DNA of 64,000 nucleotides from Hemiscyllium ocellatum (taxonomy: Eukaryota): assembly GCF_020745735.1 (NCBI RefSeq), contig NC_083409.1:20108341-20172340 (forward strand), in the 5' to 3' direction. The first letter of the stretch is position 1; every line of letters begins with the position of its first letter. This document shows, piece after piece, positions 63,160-64,000 of the stretch. The notes below the pieces were generated by a model, which was not told the DNA's origin, made no database searches, and saw only the letters and a list, made by a program, of their open reading frames with translations. The position numbers and the translations under genes are program-made.

Positions 63160-63970
63160 TCACAGAGTCCTACAGCATGGAGACAGGCCATTTGGACCAA
63201 ACTGGTCCATGCCAACCAAAATGTCCATTTACGCTAATCCTGCACTTGGCCCATATCCTTCTGAATCCTTTCCTTTGCTGTATTTGTCCAAATGCCCTTT
63301 AAATGTTATTAATGTACCCACCTCAACCACTTCCACTGGCAGCTCATTCCATATGCGAACAATCCTATGTGTAAAAAGGTTGCCCCTCAGGTTCCCTTTT
63401 ATTCTTTCCCCTCTAACCTTAAACTGATGCGCTCTAGCTCATATTCGCAAACCTTGGGGAAAAGATCGAGTGAATTCATCCTATCCATGCCTCTCATGAT
63501 CTTATGAGGTCCTCCCTCAGTCTCCTACACTCTAAAGAAAAAAGTACTCTCCCTTTAACCCAAACGATTGAATCCTGGCAAAATCCTTGCAAATTTCTTC
63601 TGCACTCTTTCCAGTTTAATAACATCCTTCCTGGAACAAGGTGACCAAAACTGAACACAATATTCCAAGTGTGGCTTCACCAATGTCCTGTATAACTGCA
63701 ACATAACTTCCCAACATCTGTAGTCAATACTCTGACTGATGAAGGGCACTGCAGAAAAAGCTCTCTTCTCTGCTCTATTTACTGTGACTCCATTTTCAGA
63801 GAACTGCTTATCTGAATTCTAAGGACCCTCTGTTCCATTATATTCCTTAAGGTCCTATCATTCACCATGAAACTCCTACCTTGCTTTAAATTTCCAAAAT
63901 ACAAGACCTCACATTTGTCTGTATTAAACTCTATTTGTCATTTCTCGGCCCACTTCCCCAGCTGAGCAAG
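63160..63970 (-). mobile_element. CR1 LINE 3' part
   Basis: LQLYRTLVKPHLEYCVQFWSP...KLERVQKKF. Confidence 0.88.
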
Positions 63971-64000
63971 GTCTAGACTAGACTACTTCTAGACTAGACT

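Overview
Eukaryotic, repeat-rich DNA from a cartilaginous fish. HE1-type SINEs, CR1 and Neptune-type Penelope repeats, and the Ig sequence itself point to a carpet shark (Orectolobiformes); the species cannot be fixed from sequence alone. The only clear host coding sequences are three minus-strand immunoglobulin light-chain constant exons of the kappa (nurse shark NS4/type III) class. C1 (8526-8854) and C3 (58641-58969) have intact frames; C2 (41595-41900) is a pseudogene. Each sits in a diverged segmental duplication, and further partial copies lie in both orientations. By manual scanning I found no V segment, J segment or credible RSS anywhere, including the ~32.7 kb upstream of C1. Other notable content: a decayed class I (epsilon-like) endogenous retrovirus at ~21.0-28.45 kb with gag, an RNase H remnant, env, PPT and 3' LTR but no PR/RT; a tandem array of identically truncated Tx1 LINE 3' ends at 36.1-39.6 kb; a large diverged inverted repeat at 42.1-52.1 kb containing a ~310 bp segment flipped between inverted repeats; and several fold-back elements and MITEs. 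Repeat boundaries are hand-read and approximate unless a TSD or splice site is quoted. No database searches were run.
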